In this document: piece by piece, positions 12,320 through 25,877 of the stretch | How positions within the stretch are numbered: position 1 is the stretch's first letter | Layout: each line of letters begins with the position of its first letter | From: Haplodiscus bocki | Taxonomy: Eukaryota | DNA: 64,000 nt | Direction of reading: 5' to 3' | Assembly: GCA_965655095.1 (NCBI GenBank) | Contig: OZ296656.1 | Span: forward strand, 70,990,001-71,054,000 | The notes under the pieces: model-generated | Told to the model about the DNA's origin: nothing | Databases searched by the model: none | What the model saw: only the letters and a program-made list of their open reading frames with translations | Made by a program: the position numbers and the translations under genes

Positions 12320-14330
12320 AAATGCTTCCAAGAAAGGCTGCGAGTGAACAACGAGACTCAGCCTCCTTTCCGACAAGTCTGTCAAATTTTGGGGTTCTTA
12401 ATTAATGACGGGGAATGGAAAACCCCGCTATCAGACGGTATCATCATGAAGAACAGCCAGAAACCTCGCTTTCTGTTCTCCACTTACTGTTATTCTTGAA
12501 TGCCAGATCCTTCAGGTCTCTTCCAAAAACTGGTCCAGGATGGACTTCCAAAGTAGCGACCAAGCTCAGAATTTTGTCTTCATTTTGTTTGAAAAGCATA
12601 CAAGTGATTTTGATCTGCAGGCACCTAAACTGTCTCCAGATAGTGTGAACACACCAGACAGTAAAAACATTTATCTGAACAAAGAACACGAGATCGCAAG
12701 ATTCATATTAGCCGAAACAATTCGACTTGAAAACAGGATATTGAACAGAAATCCGAACATTTTCGTTGACGACATTTTGATATTTTTCCAGGAAGCAGAA
12801 GACAACCCCTCTTCTTTGGATGAACGCGGTGGAACTGCGAAGAGATTCAATCTTAACGTCCTTTTAGAGCTATTGAGAATGCGCGGTTTCAAGTGTTCCG
12901 GTCGCCACGAGTCGCGTTGCTGCTGCATATCTGTTTGGTGAAAGCAGATTCCACTCTGCCTCCAAGTGCCCTCTTCCGGTAGACAATAACACAATGCTTC
13001 AAACAAAACTTTAATCATATTTTGAATCTTTTCGGAAAACCATTCGAGTTAATGTCCGGGATGAAGCTCTCAGGGCTAGAAGAAAACTGCTGGAGTGGCT
13101 TCAGAGGAAGCTCCCAGATATTACACAAAATGAATTGCTCCTCGGTGGAAAACATTTAGTTCTTGCATGCGGAGAACTTTCGACAAGTCCTACCTGTCAA
13201 CGAAAATGGGAGCCACGTCCATATTGCTGACACCTGCATCAATTCTCCTTTGGTGGATTATTTCAAAACATTCATTTTGACAGAAAACATGCGTGTTCAC
13301 GCCTCCGCAAGCTGATTTTTCGACAGAGTTGGCTGTTGGCGTTGGGCAGAGGCGAATTGGAGAGATAATTCGAACCAGGTTGTCACTCCGCAGAATTCTG
13401 TGGCACCTTCAGTCTGCGGCTAGTCTCATCCAGCACAGCAACAACTGGTTCAGTGTGTCTACCAGGTAACTTTTGGTTTCATCACTGGTCCAATTCCACA
13501 GGCGAAAAAAAACAATTGGAATGATTTTTTCATTTTGAGTGAACGTCACCGGGCGAAATTACCGGGACCAACATTCTCTGCGTCCTCAACAGCACAGCTT
13601 CCAACTTGAATGACCTCGCTATGGAAAAACTACCGGGTATAAAAGTAGTTTTCCAAGTCAGTAGTGATTCATTTTCCACAGTTTTGAAAACCAAAAATTT
13701 GCGTCGTCTTAAATTGAATTTGCATAATGAAAACGCCCATTTAGCTGTATAACGAGTGTTTTACGATTTTTTCAGGCGTTCTTCATTGACTTCTTAGCAC
13801 TGACAGGACTGTTGACGCCACCGATCAATGACGTTTTCCCATGAATTCTTGAAGCCAAAATCCAAAATCCATCCAGTTGACCTCCCCGTCGTCTGCAAAT
13901 GGACATTGGTGCCCCAATCATTTTGTTGTGAAATTTGAATCCCCGATGTGGGCTATGTAATAGTACTAGGTTGCCATCGTCAAAATTTCCAACAAACTGG
14001 TTGAAGAAAAACGCTGGAATCCAATGGGTTCTGAAAAAAATGACATCATGCTTTCTCCCAGGACCGACATGGCAACTGAATTAAGCGACTTCCTACCCGT
14101 CAGCTGGATCAGACATCAGTTCCCAATCAAACGGCGCCTGCTGACAATTAATAAAAGCCAGGGACACACAATCTCCAAAGTGGGAGTATACCTTGAAAGA
14201 TTCATTTTCTGTCGTGTTTATTTGTATGTTGCACTATTGGGGTATCAAACTCCAACAAATTGAGAGTATTTCTTCAACTTTGAAGAGAACAGAGTACTCC
14301 AAAAACGAAAAACCTTGTTTCCCAAGGAGT
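12320..14330 (+). pseudogene. Helitron PIF1-like SF1 helicase, degenerate
   Basis: LDERGGTAK (Walker A relic of LDGPGGTGK), GGKHLVL, LTENMR, GAPIILL*NLNP.CGLCNSTRL, RHQFPI..TINKSQGHT..VGVYL..LYVAL. Confidence 0.9.
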
Positions 14331-17284
14331 TTTGTAGCTACAATTCAGTTTATTTTCTTGAAGCTTGCCTCATTTCAATTTTGCCGATAACCTTTAACGG
14401 ATAAACTTTTCTAAATATCAATCATTTACGTTTAGTCAACTTTCTAAGAGTTAATTCGTTGCACACTGTTATAATCCTGCATGAATCAGATTTGTGTCAA
14501 GTAAATCATGTTCAAGACTGTTTCTGATTTCAGGAGACTAGTATTGGAGAAAACGCAGTTCCTCAAAAAAACGGACTGCTGTCGTTGAGACGGGGAACCA
14601 CGATTTGACTGTGGTGTAGTGGTTAAAAATGTCATCAAAGTGAAACGTTCCATTTCCTGCTGGTGTTCAGATGACAATAGTTCCTTTGTTTTGTCGCCGA
14701 CAATAAATACAGAGTTAAAGGTGGCACATATTTACTGAAGATTGGATACACTGACTAGGTACACATATAACTTACACCATTCCTATAGCTCAATTTTGTT
14801 CCTATTTTCCAGGATCATAGAAAATCTGTACCGTCCGATCAAAAATGCCATTATGTTGCCACGGATTGCGGCTAACACATTCAAAACCGCCTCTCAGACA
14901 CACCTTTTTTTTACAATGAAACGATGTGTTTGCTTTAAGAGGGCAACGTCCAACAAGTTTTCTGGGACTGTTATGTGCTTTCCACTCCTACACCGCTAGC
15001 TCAAAGACATCATTGCTCCCGAGCTTGACCACCAATAGCGAAGCAAAATCGCACCAGAGTAGTGCAGCGGTTACGGACGATCACAGAAAGCGGCCAACAG
15101 TCTTCAAAATACAATTTTTTTTACAGACGCTAGTGAGAATTTCTGTTTTCTGTGACACAAAATTGAAATAGTCGTCAAATACGAAAGGAAGAGGCAACCC
15201 TTCCCAAGCCGTCCACACTATCGACACGGCTGAGGCTCATCGATTTTCCCAAAACACGATCTTTTCCATCAAAACTGAGAAAAAAACATCCCGGCAACTT
15301 CGCAGATTTTCCAAGGGAAAAGCGTTTGAATCACTTCCTAGCTAGAGCTCTGTCATGACACAGTCTCACCCGAGTGGTCAAGGGAAACACTTTTGACGGA
15401 AGCCTCAAGACAAAAATATTTTTCCACCAAGGCTCCAAATATTTGGCAGTAGAAAGAAAGGGGAACTAGTTACAACCTCATGGACATTATCGGGGCCTAA
15501 GAGTTGATTAAAGGCTGGATGGACGCAATCTGGACTTTAGTCTAATTGAAAAGCCTCAACGAGCACCGCGAGCGACAAAACGTCCAATTTTTTAAAAAAC
15601 AGAGCCAGATATTTTGCAGTCAAAAACAATTTAAGTTGAAACAGTAGTAAAGATAAATCCTGGGAGCATATTCAATCAGGTCAATCCTGCAACTCAGTGT
15701 AAATTCCAACTGGTTAATTACCGATTGCGCGGAACATTCGATTCGTTTCATAAAGGTTGACTGGGTATTAGAATTATCTCAGCGGTCCCGTTCCGAAAAC
15801 AACGTTACGCATAATCGATAAACTTTCCAGTATTCCGTGAACTGAAATTTCAGTTAATGTAGCGCACGGAGAAGAGTAATTAACGGAGACAATTATCAGC
15901 GAGAAGCACATGAACGCGATTCTGGCTTACTTCAAGCAAGTCATTCGTGAGAAAGAACACCGAACACTTTATGCGAAATATGCTCGGGTGGACAAGGCAA
16001 GCCGACAGTAATAGACTTGCTTCACTCCCAGCACTGGGCTGCGTTTCGAAAACTCGAAAGACCAAACTGATTTCCAGCAAAGTTATCCAATCGTATTGCG
16101 TATTAATAGTTGAACCAAAACTAACGAAAGCCAGAAAATTTTCAAAGATTCCAATTGCTTTTCATTCAAGGTAAGGGAGAACATACCGTCACTCGCTAGA
16201 AGCTAATTTTGGACTGATCCAGGTGCATCAATATGATGATAAGATACACGAGAAAACTTTACACGGAAAACACAACTTCCCACAAAAAAACATGCTAGAC
16301 GCAAGTAAAAACGTCTTCGATTTTTTTATAACATTTTAGGCGTTTTCAAGAAACTATGAATGAGGATATTCTGGGTACTACTGGGAGCCATAGGCATCAA
16401 ATAGTTGAATGAGCAATAAATCGACAACATCCGACCAATAGTCCTCAAGACAAACACATCTAATGACGGAAGTAAAAGCACAGTTGTTTTTCCATTTACA
16501 TGTTGAAAGCTTTCACTAAAGAAATAAAATTACAACTAGCTAATCCCTTTTTATCTTACCGTACCTGTAGATAACGAGAATTCAATTTAACGCTCGCTAT
16601 GTGGACTCGACGAAATCATGGAAGTTAATATTTGCCACTCCACAGGACCGCTAGGTGTCAAGAAAGTGAGTTCGCCCTGAATGGCCGCAACTTTCAAGCG
16701 AATTACTTTTCAAGAAAGGCAACTGGAAAACTCATCCATTAAAATATCAATGATTTTTCTATCATTTTTCAACTGCCTGCAGAACAGCTTCCATTAACGA
16801 TCGATAAAACTTCAGCGACTGCGCACCCAAAGTACCGCAATCAAAAAGGAGGAGACGAGACAACTTCACATATTCCGACGAAATCGAAAAAAAACTATTG
16901 AATGGAAATGTCAAAATTTCAGAAGATTTGAACAATTTAGCAGTCACAAGAAGCGTATGAAATCTTGACTACCGGAAAGAAAGCAGACAACGACGAAATG
17001 ATCAAATGAAAACAAAAGTCCCTCAGCCAGCAGCCACCAAATCGATTTGCCAATTGGCGTGAAGATGCGAAAAAAAAACATGTAAAGCCTTTAGCTTATC
17101 AGCTTAATGACAAAAACGAAAAGCGTCCATGATATCCTACGCTTCGCTCGCTCGTGTAATTACAAAACTGTTTAAGTTTGATTAGCTATCACTGCTTCAT
17201 TTTTTAGTTTAATTTTCAATTTGTTTTCAAGCGTATGTTTCGAACAGTTTTAAACTAATCAATCCGTGAATTACAGCTGAGTAC

Positions 17285-17403
17285 CTGAAGATTTTTGATG
17301 TCGCCATAGTCCGCGAATTTGTCTCTCACATCCTCTTCGGTGGCTTCTTCGTGAATTCCAGCCACAAACACAATCCAGCCTTCAACTGATTTCTGGGGAG
17401 CAC
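17285..17403 (-). CDS. RBM8A: RBM8A coding exon 2 (start of RRM)
   Basis: [38 protein letters not shown]; acceptor T-tract-CAG at 17404, donor CAG|GTAC at 17284; frame is consistent with exon 1. Confidence 0.95.
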
Positions 17404-17417
17404 CTGAAAAAAAAACA

Positions 17418-17800
17418 TAGGCACCGAGGATGCAAGGCATATAGCGCTAAGAAACAATTATGGTACAAAAAAAGAATGAAATAAGCAAATTTCAGGTGAA
17501 CAGACTGATAACTTTCCTAAGAGCAGAAAATATGCAAATTGACACAAAAATTGATTCAATTATTAGACTGTCGAAAGTTAATTACTTAGAATCGCCTCAA
17601 AAGTAAATAATCGAAAATGAAATTAAATAGACTACATTCACTTGCTAATCAAAATTATTGGAAAGAATGCTATTCACATCCCAAAATAAGCATAGTCAGA
17701 TTAATTTTACTCATTCTTCTTTCGCTCTGGCGCCCTGTTGGTTGTGACGCGACTTGCCAAGAATAAAAAGAAAAAATAGGCATCCAAGCGCCACAATTCC
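17418..17800. mobile_element. MITE-like repeat (TAGGCA family) filling RBM8A intron 1
   Basis: Start TAGGCACCGAGGATGCAAGGCATATAGCGCTAAG and the interior align with 34008-34342. Confidence 0.65.
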
Positions 17801-17877
17801 CAGAAGTAGCGTCACACTTTATTGCTACAGAACAATTTGCCAAATAAAAAAGTTTTTGAGGATTCCGGTATTCGAAC

Positions 17878-18109
17878 CTGGTCCAGCGGCCGAAGAAAAA
17901 TTTGCTCCTTCATCATCATCCAACTCATCATAGTCACCCATTTCGGCACCCCTGCTAGACGAACTAACTGCAGAGTCATCCAGGCCTCTTCCCTTCCGTC
18001 TACTGGCGCCCTCCTTCAACTTCATCAGAGAAAGATCGCCGTCTTCATCTTCATATTCCTCGTCCTCGTATTCTGCATCTTCGGATTCCATGTCTATAGT
18101 CGACGACAT
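17878..18109 (-). CDS. RBM8A: RNA-binding protein 8A (Y14/tsunagi), coding exon 1
   Basis: DEDGDLSLMKLKEGASRRKGRG motif; phase-1 donor CCAG|GTTCGA at 17877; acceptor TTTTTCAG 7 nt upstream of the ATG. Confidence 0.9.
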
Positions 18110-18699
18110 TCTGCGTCTGAAAAATGAAAACAGTCAGTTGAGTCACGTACAGTACTAGATTTAATTAAATTAACTCCTCAGAAAAAAAATAGCGTTTCTG
18201 AAGACTAAAACTAGAGGTTTAGAGGAAAGTAGTAGGAACGAAAGTTTCACTGATAAGATTAAACAATTTTAATTGAAAATCCGACGAATACTCAACAACA
18301 CGCCCAGTTAACTCCGAGATATTTTCCGCCTTTCAAATAAAGGGTAGAAACGTTAAAAAACAGTAACTCGAAAGAGATTAAGTATGTAAAATGTGCAAAA
18401 TTGCATCAAAACCCAAAACTTCTCGAATTTTTTCTCGATAAATCCAAGTTCTGGCAAAGAAGACTACCATATTTGACGAGCTATGTGGCGACTTTGGACA
18501 AGAATGACGAACTAAAAAATTTCAGCTTGGATTTTTGCTTTATCGTGCAATTCGCATATATCATGTTAAAAAACATGAATGTTGAGCTAGTGATTTGCCT
18601 AACATATATATGAAAAATAGGCGGAAATTAGAAAAACTAATCAATATAGGCACAACGATCGTTGCGCTTTGATTACATGCGACTGATAGTCAGGAACGC

Positions 18700-19950
18700 T
18701 CCAACGCTTCTCAGAAAAGCTGCCTCTTCAAGCCCTTGAACTCTGAAAGCAGTTCTGCAAGGAACGTTGACATTTGGGAACTACATATTCTAGCCGTTGT
18801 ATCTTGGAAGGCAATCCCAATGGATTGATAGGGGGGACGCAAATGATCCGAACTAAATAAAGGCCTCAGAAGGAAGCGGAGGTAACTTCCGATGCGATGA
18901 CGAAACTTGAAAAACACAGGAGTTAAATCAACGGAAAAAATCTCAGAGAAAATCCAGAAGTTTACCAAAATTTCCGCTGTCGGAAAAATTTTCCCAACTT
19001 TCGATAATCCCCCGAAAGCAGCAGGAAACTCTTACACCTCATTTAGGCAGTTTACAAGTAGTGGGAGAGTGCTCGGAAGGGCTCGAGTTGAAGAACTACC
19101 ATTTTGGGAGAGAAATTTTCCCGACTTTTCAAATTGTTTTGATAGAGAAAATCATGAAGGCGAAAAACATTATCGGCAAGATTGCAGCCCAAACACTTTA
19201 GTTGAAACAGTAAAATTTATTCTGCCTGGCGTTGAAAAAATGGGGCTTTTAAAAAATTTGTCGATCTGCAAAAAAATGAATAACAAGGCGTCAAGTGTTT
19301 TCCACAGGGCTAATGCAGAGCAACAGCCACGCCGCAGATCAGCAATGCAACTGTCAGAAGCTTCACTGCAGGCCAGGGAGACTTCACGCCTAAAACTGAC
19401 GCAACAATCAAATTATTCCCAGGCGAAAACTTGCATCTTGTTCGCACTTATTGTACGAAAGCCGCCTATGGAAGATTTTTGGCTTATTCACAACATCCTT
19501 TCTCGATAGTATTATTACCTGTATTCTGGCCGTGGCCAAAACCAAAAACATCTCAATCAAGTCATACCGCAAAAACGGTCAAGAAGGCGAAGAGAAAACA
19601 GCAAAAATTAGAAGAAAACAGCAAAAGTCCGAGAAAAAAAGAACAATCTCAATTTTCATCGCCAAAGTTTCGATAATCGCGCAACCCAAAAACTTTCTCT
19701 GCATAAGAAAGATTCTACATGGATCTACGGTTACAATGATAGCTCTATGTGGCAATTTAGGAACCATTCGACTCTTTCGAAAAACAGTTGTGTGAAAACA
19801 ACATTTTTGGAAGTCCTGGAAAAAAAGAATTTTGGAAGTTTTTCAGCCAAAAACGATCAAAAGTAAAAATTTGACTCCAAAAACAGAAATGCTAAAGAGA
19901 CTTCGTGTAGAAAAAGTTGTAGAAACATGCAGCTATGACCTACTATCCAT
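18700..19950 (+). pseudogene. Degenerate non-LTR (LINE) reverse transcriptase
   Basis: IPMD(W)..KG..GNFR, then SFR..SG, then PDFSNCFDRENH (relic of DFSKAFD.V.H), in RT order; many stops. Boundaries approximate. Confidence 0.6.
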
Positions 19951-20338
19951 ACCATATCTGAAGAACTGAAAAAAATTCTTGGAAAAACCGATTTTTACAT
20001 CATAGGCGGCCATAACGACAAAGAAGCAGGTATGAAAAAGCTCTCTGATTCCTAATTTTGTCTATTGGACACTAATTTCGCACAGTGGTTCATTTTGCGA
20101 ATAAACCATGTGAGACACACCATCTACAGGCCCTAGGTTTGACGAAAAACAAACATTTCTCAGAATTTTGGGAAAAGATTCACCCGAAACGCCGCCAAAA
20201 GATCAGTTCAACAGTGGTTCAAACCAACCAAGTCGTCTGCAAGCCTGAACAAAAAAATTTCTTCCAAAAATTGTCCATACAACTTTCGAACAAGTAGAGA
20301 TTCCAAAAACATCGATTTGTCTTCGACTCCACTAAAAG

Positions 20339-20659
20339 AGGCACCCATCGTATGCATAGGCACCCATCGTATGCATATGGTACTGATGTTAAAGAAATTT
20401 AAAGATTTGCATTCAGAAGTTTTGGCTTTTTCGAGTCGTTTCGCCATAAAAAAACCCGCTCACCGAAAATTTGAGATATGGTCATTTACGAACTTGCCGT
20501 ACAAGCTTTCGGGAAACTATAACCATTCGGTTGATAAGCTTTTAGACATAACACTTCAAAGTGAAGTAACGCAAAGGGATGTCACGAAACTAGGACTAGA
20601 GATAGAAAAAAAATAAGCGCTATGCAACTTAGCGCACGGGCTGCGAATAGTGATGCCTA
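20339..20659. mobile_element. MITE-like repeat (TAGGCA...TGCCTA)
   Basis: Ends CTTAGCGC...GATGCCTA, resembling the reverse complement of the 34008 start; begins with a 19-bp tandem duplication AGGCACCCATCGTATGCAT. Confidence 0.5.
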
Positions 20660-22760
20660 CACACCGCAAGTGCGTTTGAAGCTACTCCGAGATAAGCATA
20701 CAAACGTCTTTAAAGAGTAACTGCAATAGACTGGTCAAAGGATTTAACGTACCGCACTTGCGACATCTGCCCCAAAATACTTACAGTAACACGTCATCAG
20801 TTCAGACTAGTTTCTACTATGAGTGTTTGGGAACAAAGACTAGAGGAACAACTCTGGTGAGAAGTAAACTGAGAGCAGGAAAGGATTTTAGATTAGAAAG
20901 ACAAATCGTCTGATATTAATAAATTGGAACCGAACTCTGTTTCCTCTGAAACTTCCGGCGCAGACCGGAAGTGGAAAAATCACAAACTGGCAGCATCAGC
21001 ATCAATAAACCCGGTTACAAGCTTCGGATAAAAGTTATTTCACGCAAACTTTGATGATCAAAGTCGAAAGTATCAGAGTTTTCGAAAACTCACCAGGGAT
21101 CCATCCACAACTTGATTGCAGATTACTTAGTAAAACGACGTCTCATTTGGGCTGCGTAGTTTCAATTAGTTATATGCAAACCATCTTTTGTAAATTTATT
21201 ACTTGCTGATTGGAAATTTCGTCGAAGCGAGAAAATTTCCTGATAACCCCAACAACCGAACGTGCAACTTCAAGCAATCTGATATGTCGTTTTGAGCTAC
21301 TTTTCTTAATCAAGGGAACAAATTACAATTTAACTTAGAAACCGATGCTATTTGGTAAACTTCAGAAAGAAGGTTATGTTCGGGCTGAAAATTCTGGTAC
21401 AAAATCTTCTGATTCTGCAGCGTTACAATACCAGGCTCCGAAACTTGACGCAGAGCCGTCAATAACAGTCGAAGGAAAAATTGTTTTCAAAGCCTGTAGT
21501 TTGTTTGGTCTTCGTCAGGTTTGAATGGAAAGATGCAGCAACCTATTCTTTCTTTAGTTGTTAAAATCTTGTAAACCTGAAGTGGTAAAAATCGACGGAA
21601 TAAGTTCTGTTTGGGCCAAAAACTCAGCCGTGAAGCAGTTTTCTTACTATTCGAAAGCCTTTTCCAATCTATCAAAAAAAAGTCAAAAACCAAGATCCTC
21701 TGATGCTTCGCCCAAAAATTATTGGCGTTTGAATTTGACAAAAAACTGGGAAGTCACGCAAAAAACACAGAAAACTTCAAGCTACGCGGCCGACAATAGT
21801 GCAATCTATTATCACTGGAAGTCAAAAAAGCTGCATGATTTACAATTTATCATGAATCGCCTGAATAGGCTTCGCTTCGCAGACGCTTCAATCGCCTAAT
21901 CATGAATCTTCTCCAAAAGCTTTGTTTCGCCAACGCGTCAATCGCCCAAACATCGGCGCTAAGTGCTTTCTGTTAGGCTCGCAAACAGAAATCACGTCGA
22001 AGATGAACGTTTCATGTGTTCAAAGCTCCACTGCCAGTGGAGCTAATTCGCCGTTAGAATATGCCGCTGCACAATCAAATGAAAATTTGGCTGAAAATGA
22101 GACCTTCCCGGTATTTATTGCAAACATATAAACCAATAGAAAATCAGTTTCTCAAAAACAGTGTCCAGCAAGGCTTTTTCCTCAGTTTTACATTAGAGTG
22201 CCACACTGACTAAGACAAAACAATAGGAGGGCCAAGCGGTAAGATGAACATTCATACGAAGAAATAGAAATTTCCCAAAGACATTTTTGCTTAACAACCG
22301 TCAAAAGTACAGTTATACTCCCCCAAAAAATTGATCCAAGAACCACGATGTTTTTGGGACAAATTTTCGAAGCAGACTAAACGTTGCAAACTCTAACCAT
22401 TCAGAAACCCGCCAAGTGACAAAAAATCCAAAAAGTGAGAATGAAAAACAGCTTTGATACAAAAAATATCGGAAATAATCAGAACTTTTCCCTGACCAGT
22501 GAAACTGTTCACTGGTCTCAGGAGGCTCAACCAACTTAGAAGAAAAACAATCAAGCCAGTTCCAGGCCTCCATGGTGGTAAAAAAACAAATCATGGAATC
22601 TTTGGCTTTTCCGAACAATTTTTTGATAATACACTGCCGAAAGAAAACAACGAAGAATCTCCAGACGCACCATAAGGTCTACTTGATCGGTTGAAATTAA
22701 CCAACGCGTGAGCCAACCAAGGTATTTGCACGCCTTTCAGGTGGTGATATTCACATAATT

Positions 22761-23163
22761 AAAACACAGAGGCGAAGCTGTGTTACGCAACACTTGCGCC
22801 AACGGAATACTAGTGAACAAATTGACTAAATAAAACTCATTTTTGAAGTGGCCACGACACTACGAATACTAATAACAAGTGTACAGAAACTCACTTAATT
22901 CTTATACATTTATATTTAAATAAGAGACGCTACATTTCATTTGCTGGATATTTTAAGTAGAAACTTTGATTCTCGAGCGACAACAGCATAGTCAGTACAG
23001 CATGCGACTGTGCCGCAAACGGTCCCAAGTCCGAGCTTAGACCACTACCTCCTCTCTTTTGTCAAAAAGTAGAAACTTGTGTGAGTTGTTGACAGATTGG
23101 AAATTGTTGACGGAAGAAAGAAGTCGAAGTCTGTGATATAGAACTTGCTTGCGCAAGTGTAAT
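22761..23163 (-). mobile_element. DINE-1/HINE-like non-autonomous Helentron element, copy A
   Basis: Subterminal inverted repeat ACACTTGCGC (22790) / GCGCAAGTGT (23151); GCGAAGC..GTTACGC hairpin at the other end; homologous to 35845-36222. Confidence 0.7.
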
Positions 23164-23799
23164 GACCGAAAACGTTGGTAATTAGGTCCTTTCCAATCTG
23201 AAAGTTTCTTGTTTTTGTACGGTATATTAAGACGTAAAGATCATCTCATTTTGGGTACGCCGCGGCAAAAATAACACTTCAAGTCACTAAATTCGTAAAG
23301 CTTATCGACACCATATTATACCGACGAAAAATTTACCACACATTTTCTAATAAGAGCTTAAAAGGCACCAGCTTTACGAAAGTGAATTTAGACAGGTAGA
23401 AAGATTAGTCAAGTCTGCGATTCGAACCTATAACATCAGGCTTTGCGGTTAGGTGAACTCGAGAAGAAACTAACTAAACAATCAGACCGAAGTTGTAACC
23501 TTACCACGAAACAAAACAAAGACGATATATAAGTTACTGAATCTCGAACACAGCATTTTCTATTCTATCAGACAGAAAGAAATATGAATAAAAATTAGTC
23601 CATAAACCAGTTTTTACTCCTTTCGAACGAGCCAAAAAAGTAGGACGGCCCTCATTCTCATCAAAATCCTTTCTCTCAATCGTTCGACGCCGTTGCACAG
23701 CCCAGGAATTACTTGCGCAAAATGTTTGACTACTTCATGAATCCATTCATTCTCAGTCAGAATAAAAAATTGGAAGACCTCAGGTAGACTTGAACCCAA

Positions 23800-24038
23800 T
23801 CACTCATCCTCTTCTTCTTCGACTTCCTCTTCTTCTTCCACTTCCTCTTCCCCACTTTCGGAGTCCGACGATGATTTCGGAGATGCTTTTGAGTCCTCCA
23901 CTTCATTTCGTGTTTCTGTCTCTTCTTGGTTATTCTCTTCGCCAGATAAATTTTCTTCGTCTTCATCTTCGCTAATTTTCGCACGCTTTTTCTGTTTCTT
24001 CGCACCACCAGAAGAGCTTTTGACAGACTTGTAAGTAC
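23800..24038 (-). CDS. LEO1: LEO1 last coding exon (acidic tail)
   Basis: Acceptor GATTCAG at 24039, phase 1 matches the upstream exon; KKRAKISEDED...EEEEDE-TGA. Confidence 0.75.
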
Positions 24039-25560
24039 CTGAATCAAAACTGTTTATTTTGAAAGGACACTCACATTGATGCTTTGAATTTTTCGCTCTC
24101 AAAGGATTGCTTCACTCAATAATAAAAAATGAAAGACTAAATTGAAGCAGGAGTTGCTCAAGTTTATGGTTTTAAGTGAGTTATGAATCAACCACTGGTT
24201 TTAAGCAATCAACTGGAAAACAGAACATTTAAAGCAGTGAATTACTCGCCTTATAAATTTGCGCTTTTAAACGCCTGTGCATTTTGAATTTCGCTTTCCG
24301 CTCATACTGCTTGTTAGTACATCAATTTCTCTTATTGAGTTTGTGGCTGAAAAAAAGCAGACAGTTGATCCAGCTGAGCCATTCTATGATATTCAATGCA
24401 ACATGAGAAGCTAATTTTACCAAAGAAATTTTTAAATAGGTCAGTCATCGCAAGGAAGAATAATTTTTCCGACGTATTACCAGAAACAGCCGGCGGTAAA
24501 AAAAAAGTATTACCAGCCGTGGCTACAATCAGAATAAATACTATTCGGTAATACCACTTTAATCGGCCTCCTTTTGTCAGCGCTTATATTGCTTGCTGAT
24601 ATTTCCTTACCGCTTTTCGCTTAAATAAGCGCTCCCGCTGTAAGCGGTCCAATCACAGACAGATTCAAAGCAAAAATTTCTTCAAGATAACGGAAGAGTC
24701 CGAGTGCCGCGAAAAAAATTTGCGATGACTAGGTTAATTTAAACTCGCTATTTCAGCCAATTTCACAGTTCAGATAGGTATATGTCCTAACAACTTGTTT
24801 CCGTCATTGCAATTTTGACACATTAACGTATTGCAAAGAATGCATAATTTTCAGGTGTTCGTTAACGCTTTCTTTAACTATGAACGGCTCCCCTCCCCTT
24901 TTGGCGTTGCTGTGAAGAAATGAGGTGATACACCAGGGAGGAACCTTACAGCACTGAATTACGAAAAATAGTTGCAGTAGTATTCTTTTCCACTTTCTGT
25001 AAAGGGCTACCTGTATATTAATTCATGGATCAAAAAACCTGCCGGCGATTTTTACAGTTTTGAAGTTTCATTGTATTCTGGTTTGACTAGCAGCGACCTT
25101 ATACGCTTTAAATGCATTCGAATAATGAAAACTCTTTGGCTTGTAACATTGCTAATTTTTAGCGCTAATGACCACACCGCATGCTTTAAAAACGCTATTT
25201 GACTACTGTAATTTAGCATGTTGAAAATTGTCATCATGATAAGCTTGTTTTCAAATTTTTTTCACCTTGTTTCAACAAAGGTAAAATGCATGAAATTTTC
25301 CGAATATGCTACTAAATAGATTTGACATTTTTTTTTTCGAAAAACCAAAATGTACTCTAACACAAATTATTTGATTTGATGTCGTGATACGACCATGCTG
25401 CCGCCACAAAAGAATTTCTAAATTCAGAATCTGCACAGACTGGGCGCCGTAGCAAAGAGCAATTACTGACCGCTAAATTGAATCGCCAAAAAAATAATTA
25501 GCGTTGTTACAAGCCTGATTGTGAGACAGATACTGTCATGTTACAATCTAAAGGACTGAC

Positions 25561-25877
25561 CTGAAGCAGCATCACTTCCAGCCCCTTCCTGTTCTTCTTC
25601 TTCGTCGGAACTCAAAGTAGTCGGTTTGAACCTCTTTTTGGAAGCCGAACCCTCGCTTGATTTTACGGTGACCTCTTCATCCTTTTCTTCTTTTTCCTCG
25701 TCTTCTGACTTTTCTTCGTTGTACGACTCCTCCGAAGACGATTCCTCGTTCTCTTCGTCCGAATCCGAATAAATGTCACCCCCTGGACCTGACTTTTTAA
25801 ACTGGTTCTTGATGTTCCTCACACTGAACGAGTTGGGACCGTCTTCGTCATCAGAAAGAGCTGCGTCAAGATAGGAC
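25561..25877 (-). CDS. LEO1: LEO1 coding exon
   Basis: RSYLDAALSDDEDGPNSFSVRNIKNQFKK..IYSDSD; acceptor TTTTTTGTAG at 25878 (phase 2), donor TCAG|GTCAGT at 25560. Confidence 0.9.

Larger units (their letters stand above)
3841..14390 (+). mobile_element. Degenerate Helitron (RepHel) with tandemly amplified 5' part
   Basis: Helitron N-terminal motifs (CTHCSALRFPDET..CCNQGK; QGKAYSLMGRL..PKFAQLYLHD; DPLHFVLF..DGW; FQYGQRLFQEF) followed by PIF1-like helicase motifs; many stops and frameshifts. Confidence 0.9.

Noticed and set aside
18907-19509. 200-aa ORF as a host gene
   Set aside because: It contains decayed LINE RT motifs and is flanked by stops in the same element.
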